The position numbers and the translations under genes are program-made. A DNA stretch of 64,000 nt from Sedimentisphaerales bacterium (GTDB lineage: Bacteria > Planctomycetota > Phycisphaerae > Sedimentisphaerales > Anaerobacaceae): contig OY970194.1 of NCBI GenBank assembly GCA_963708075.1, forward strand, positions 7,424,001 through 7,488,000. Reading direction: 5' to 3'. The notes below the pieces were generated by a model that saw nothing but the letters and a program-made list of their open reading frames with translations, was not told the origin of the DNA and searched no databases. The first letter of the stretch is position 1; every line of letters starts with the position of its first letter. Shown here piece by piece: positions 61,244-64,000 of this stretch.

Positions 61244-61513
61244 CGCGGTGCCCTGTCGCCGGAAGTCCCCGGGACGCACAGGGACCAGGAAGGCAGGGGG
61301 GACATTCTTTTTTGACACGGTTGATGCTCCGTGGCCGAACCTTTCGAACCACCCCTACGTACAATACCGCAATAGATGTCCCTCCGCAGCAGTGACAAGA
61401 TCGAAATGCTCTAAAGTCGCCTGCATTTCGTCCTGTCCAATGGGGGTGCTGTTCAAGTGGATTCCGTTGTGAGGATTGATTCAGGTGAACAAGAGCTGTC
61501 ATGGGAGGTTAAC

Positions 61514-62988
61514 ATGAGTCGGCGAAACAGAATGGTGGAGTCTGTACCCGGGACTGTGACATTTCTCGGTGTGTTGTTCGTCTCGATGCTGGTGACGGCG
61601 GGTCCTGCGCCGGCCCAGAGCCGCACGGAGGCGGCGAGAGAATTGTCGAAGGCGTTCTCGACAACTGCCAAGGCGGCGATGCCCGCCGTGGTGTCCATCC
61701 GGGTGGAGAAGGCGATCCAGACGAACCCGGAGGCTTACGGTCCCTTCGGCCGCAACGACCCGTTTGGCCAGTTCGACGATGAGTCTCTGCGCAGGTTCTT
61801 TGGCGGCAGGCTGCCCCAACGACAGGGGCCTCAGAAATACCTGGAGCGGGGACAGGGCTCCGGCTTCATCATCAGCGAAGATGGCTATATCCTGACGAAC
61901 AACCACGTGGTCGGGGACGTGGACAAGATCACGGTCGAGCTCCAGGACGGCCGCAAGTTCACCAATGCCAAGCTCATCGGGACCGACCCGGACTCGGAGG
62001 TGGCCCTGATCAAGATCGAGGGCAACAGCTTCCCCGTGCTGCCGATGGGCGATTCCGACAAGATCGAGATCGGCGATTGGGTGATCGCGATCGGCAATCC
62101 GTTCGGGCTCAATGAGACAGTCACGGTGGGCGTCGTCAGCGCCGTGGGCGCAGCAACATGCACATCGCCGCCTACGAGAATTTCATCCAGACGGACGCCG
62201 CCATCAACCCGGGCAACTCGGGAGGGCCGCTGATCGACCTCGACGGCAAAGTCATCGGCATCAATACGGCCATTGTCAGCCAAAGCGGCGGCTACATGGG
62301 AATCGGCTTTGCCATTCCCGTCAATATGGCCAGAACCATCGGAGAGCAGTTGAAGAGCGGCGGCAAGGTCAGTCGCGGCTTTCTGGGCGTCTATGGCCAG
62401 GATGTCACGCCCGATGTGGCGGAACTGCTGGGCCTGAAGGAGTCGGGCGGCGCGCTCGTCGCGCAGGTGGAAAAGGGCTCGCCCGCCGACAAGGCCGGAC
62501 TCAAGAGCCACGATGTGATTCTGGAGATGAACGGCAAGAAGATCCAGTCCTATGACGCGTTTCGCAACGAGATCGCCACGTTACGGCCGGGTAGCGCCAT
62601 TCATCTCAATGCCTCGCGTGACGGCAAACCGCTCGAACTCACTGTTACATTGGGCGAGCGGCCCGGAACCGCCGCACAGGCGCAGGAACCCGCCGAGGAG
62701 CCCGAACAAAGCCTCGGATTGCAGGTCCAGAATTTGACGAAGGAACTGGCCGACCAACTGGGCTATGAGTTGGGCGAAGGGGTCGTTGTCTCGGGGGTAG
62801 TGCCGGGCAGTCCGGCGGATGAGGAGGGAATTGAGCGCGGAGACCTCATCCTCTCGGTCAACCGAGGCAAGGTGACTGACGTCAATGAGTTTCTGAAGGC
62901 CGTCAGGCAGTCGCGAAAGAACGGCAAGGTGCTCCTGCTCGTCAAACGCGGGGATACCTCGCAGTTCGTAGTCGTTTCGTTCGAATAA
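61514..62988 (+). CDS. DegP/HtrA (Do family) serine protease with two PDZ domains; 1-bp deletion near 62149
   Basis: '[16 protein letters not shown]', 'AIGNPFGL', then '[17 protein letters not shown]' in the next frame. Confidence 0.92.
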
Positions 62989-63014
62989 CTCGCAACGCAT
63001 GGTCCTTGATCCGT

Positions 63015-63049
63015 GGCCGGGGGTGCTCGCTCTCGTGAGTGCCTCCGGC
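63015..63049 (+). terminator. Hairpin after the degP-like gene
   Basis: GGCCGGGGGTGCTCGC..GTGAGTGCCTCCGGCC with G-U pairs; weak U tract. Confidence 0.5.
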
Positions 63050-63098
63050 CCGATTCATTTCTGGACCTCCGGCACGAATTCTCGTAGAATCGGGCTTG

Positions 63099-63177
63099 GG
63101 GTGCCATGCTTACGCTTGCGTAAGCATGTTGTGCCCATCCCGACGAGCATGTCTACGCGAGCGTAGATATGGCACCC
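63099..63177. repeat. Palindromic family B element
   Basis: Close copy of 49418-49496. Confidence 0.9.
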
Positions 63178-63230
63178 TGGCAACGGGCCTCGAACAAGGA
63201 TCATAACGAAACAGTACTACTGAGGCATCT

Positions 63231-64000
63231 ATGAAGGTCCTGGTAGCAGAGAAATGCGGGTTTTGTCCCGGCGTGCGGAACGCGATCAGTACGGCGGAGA
63301 GGGTTCTGGCTCAGTCGGACGGGAGCGAGCCCGTGTATTGTCTCGGGCCGATCATTCACAACGAGGATGTCGTGGAGCGGCTGGCCAGCGCCGGTCTGCA
63401 CACGGTGGAATCGGTGGACGAGGTTGACTGCGGCACGGTGCTGATCCGCTCGCACGGCGTGGCGCCGAGAGAACTGGACCGACTTCGGCAGAAGGGCCTG
63501 CACATCGTGGACGCCACCTGCGTGCTGGTCAAACGCGTCCAGCAGATTGCCAAGCAGCTTGAGCAGGAGGGGTACGAGGTCGTCATCATCGGGGAGGAAA
63601 ACCACCCGGAGGTGCAGGGCGTGATGGGCTGCGTGAATGCCGTGGTCGTCGTGGCCGACGAGGGCGATCTGGACAGACTGCCGCGGGATGGCCGGCTCGG
63701 TATTGTCTGCCAGACGACGCAAAGCCCGGAGCACCTGGGCAAAATGCTCGGGATTATCGGCCGTGGCAGCTTCAGCGAGCTGAAAGTCATCAACACACTG
63801 TGCAAGGAGGCGATCAAGAGGCAGGAGTCGGCCATTGCCCTGTGCAAGACGGTCGATATCATGTTCGTCCTCGGCGGGCTTCACAGCGCCAATACCCGCC
63901 GGCTGGCCGAACTGTGCAAAAAACACAACAGTGCAACGTTTCACTTGCAAAATTGGGATGAGCTCGATAAAAATGTACTGTTTGGCAGGACTATCGCCGG
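63231..64000 (+). CDS. ispH: 4-hydroxy-3-methylbut-2-enyl diphosphate reductase, 3' end outside window (absent from the ORF track)
   Basis: Manual translation: MKVLVAEKCGFCPGV..LGPIIHN..IRSHGV..DATCVLV..HPEV..QTT..NTLC..GGLHSANT. Confidence 0.95.
   Translation, partial: MKVLVAEKCGFCPGVRNAISTAERVLAQSDGSEPVYCLGPIIHNEDVVERLASAGLHTVESVDEVDCGTVLIRSHGVAPRELDRLRQKGLHIVDATCVLVKRVQQIAKQLEQEGYEVVIIGEENHPEVQGVMGCVNAVVVVADEGDLDRLPRDGRLGIVCQTTQSPEHLGKMLGIIGRGSFSELKVINTLCKEAIKRQESAIALCKTVDIMFVLGGLHSANTRRLAELCKKHNSATFHLQNWDELDKNVLFGRTIA

Noticed and set aside
1..64000. tRNA, rRNA or riboswitch
   Set aside because: None recognised by eye; an Infernal/tRNAscan search is needed, especially for 16760-17458 and 35492-35680.

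Overview
GC-rich bacterial chromosome segment. The gene content (DUF1559-type prepilin-like protein, secreted LamG multidomain proteins, tandem ECF sigma/anti-sigma pairs, Tat-exported Gfo/Idh/MocA oxidoreductases with DUF1080 proteins) suggests Planctomycetota, probably Phycisphaerae; this is inference. Housekeeping genes: typA, acyP, cmk, plsC, degP-like protease, ispH (runs off the end) and a qNOR nitric oxide reductase. Accessory content: two apparently identical 1146-bp IS630 copies inserted at CTAG with TA duplication, one splitting a SIR2-NTPase-helical putative anti-phage gene at its Walker A strand and one sitting in the loop of a terminator; a RelE/ParE toxin-antitoxin pair; three ECF/anti-sigma cassettes; a 1.3-kb direct duplication; and several families of palindromic and short-period repeats. 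The most unusual feature is an orphan repeat-spacer array at 35738-36332. It has 8 copies of an approx. 20-bp motif (AAATTGGCTTTGTTTCGCAC) with a 67-106 bp period, a candidate sigma70 promoter of its own, no cas genes in the window, and spacers built from pieces of other dispersed repeat families. It lies next to a membrane-protein module bracketed by 41-bp direct repeats. At least eight single-base frameshifts in otherwise intact genes suggest uncorrected assembly indels. Family assignments come from recognisable motifs only; no database searches were run.
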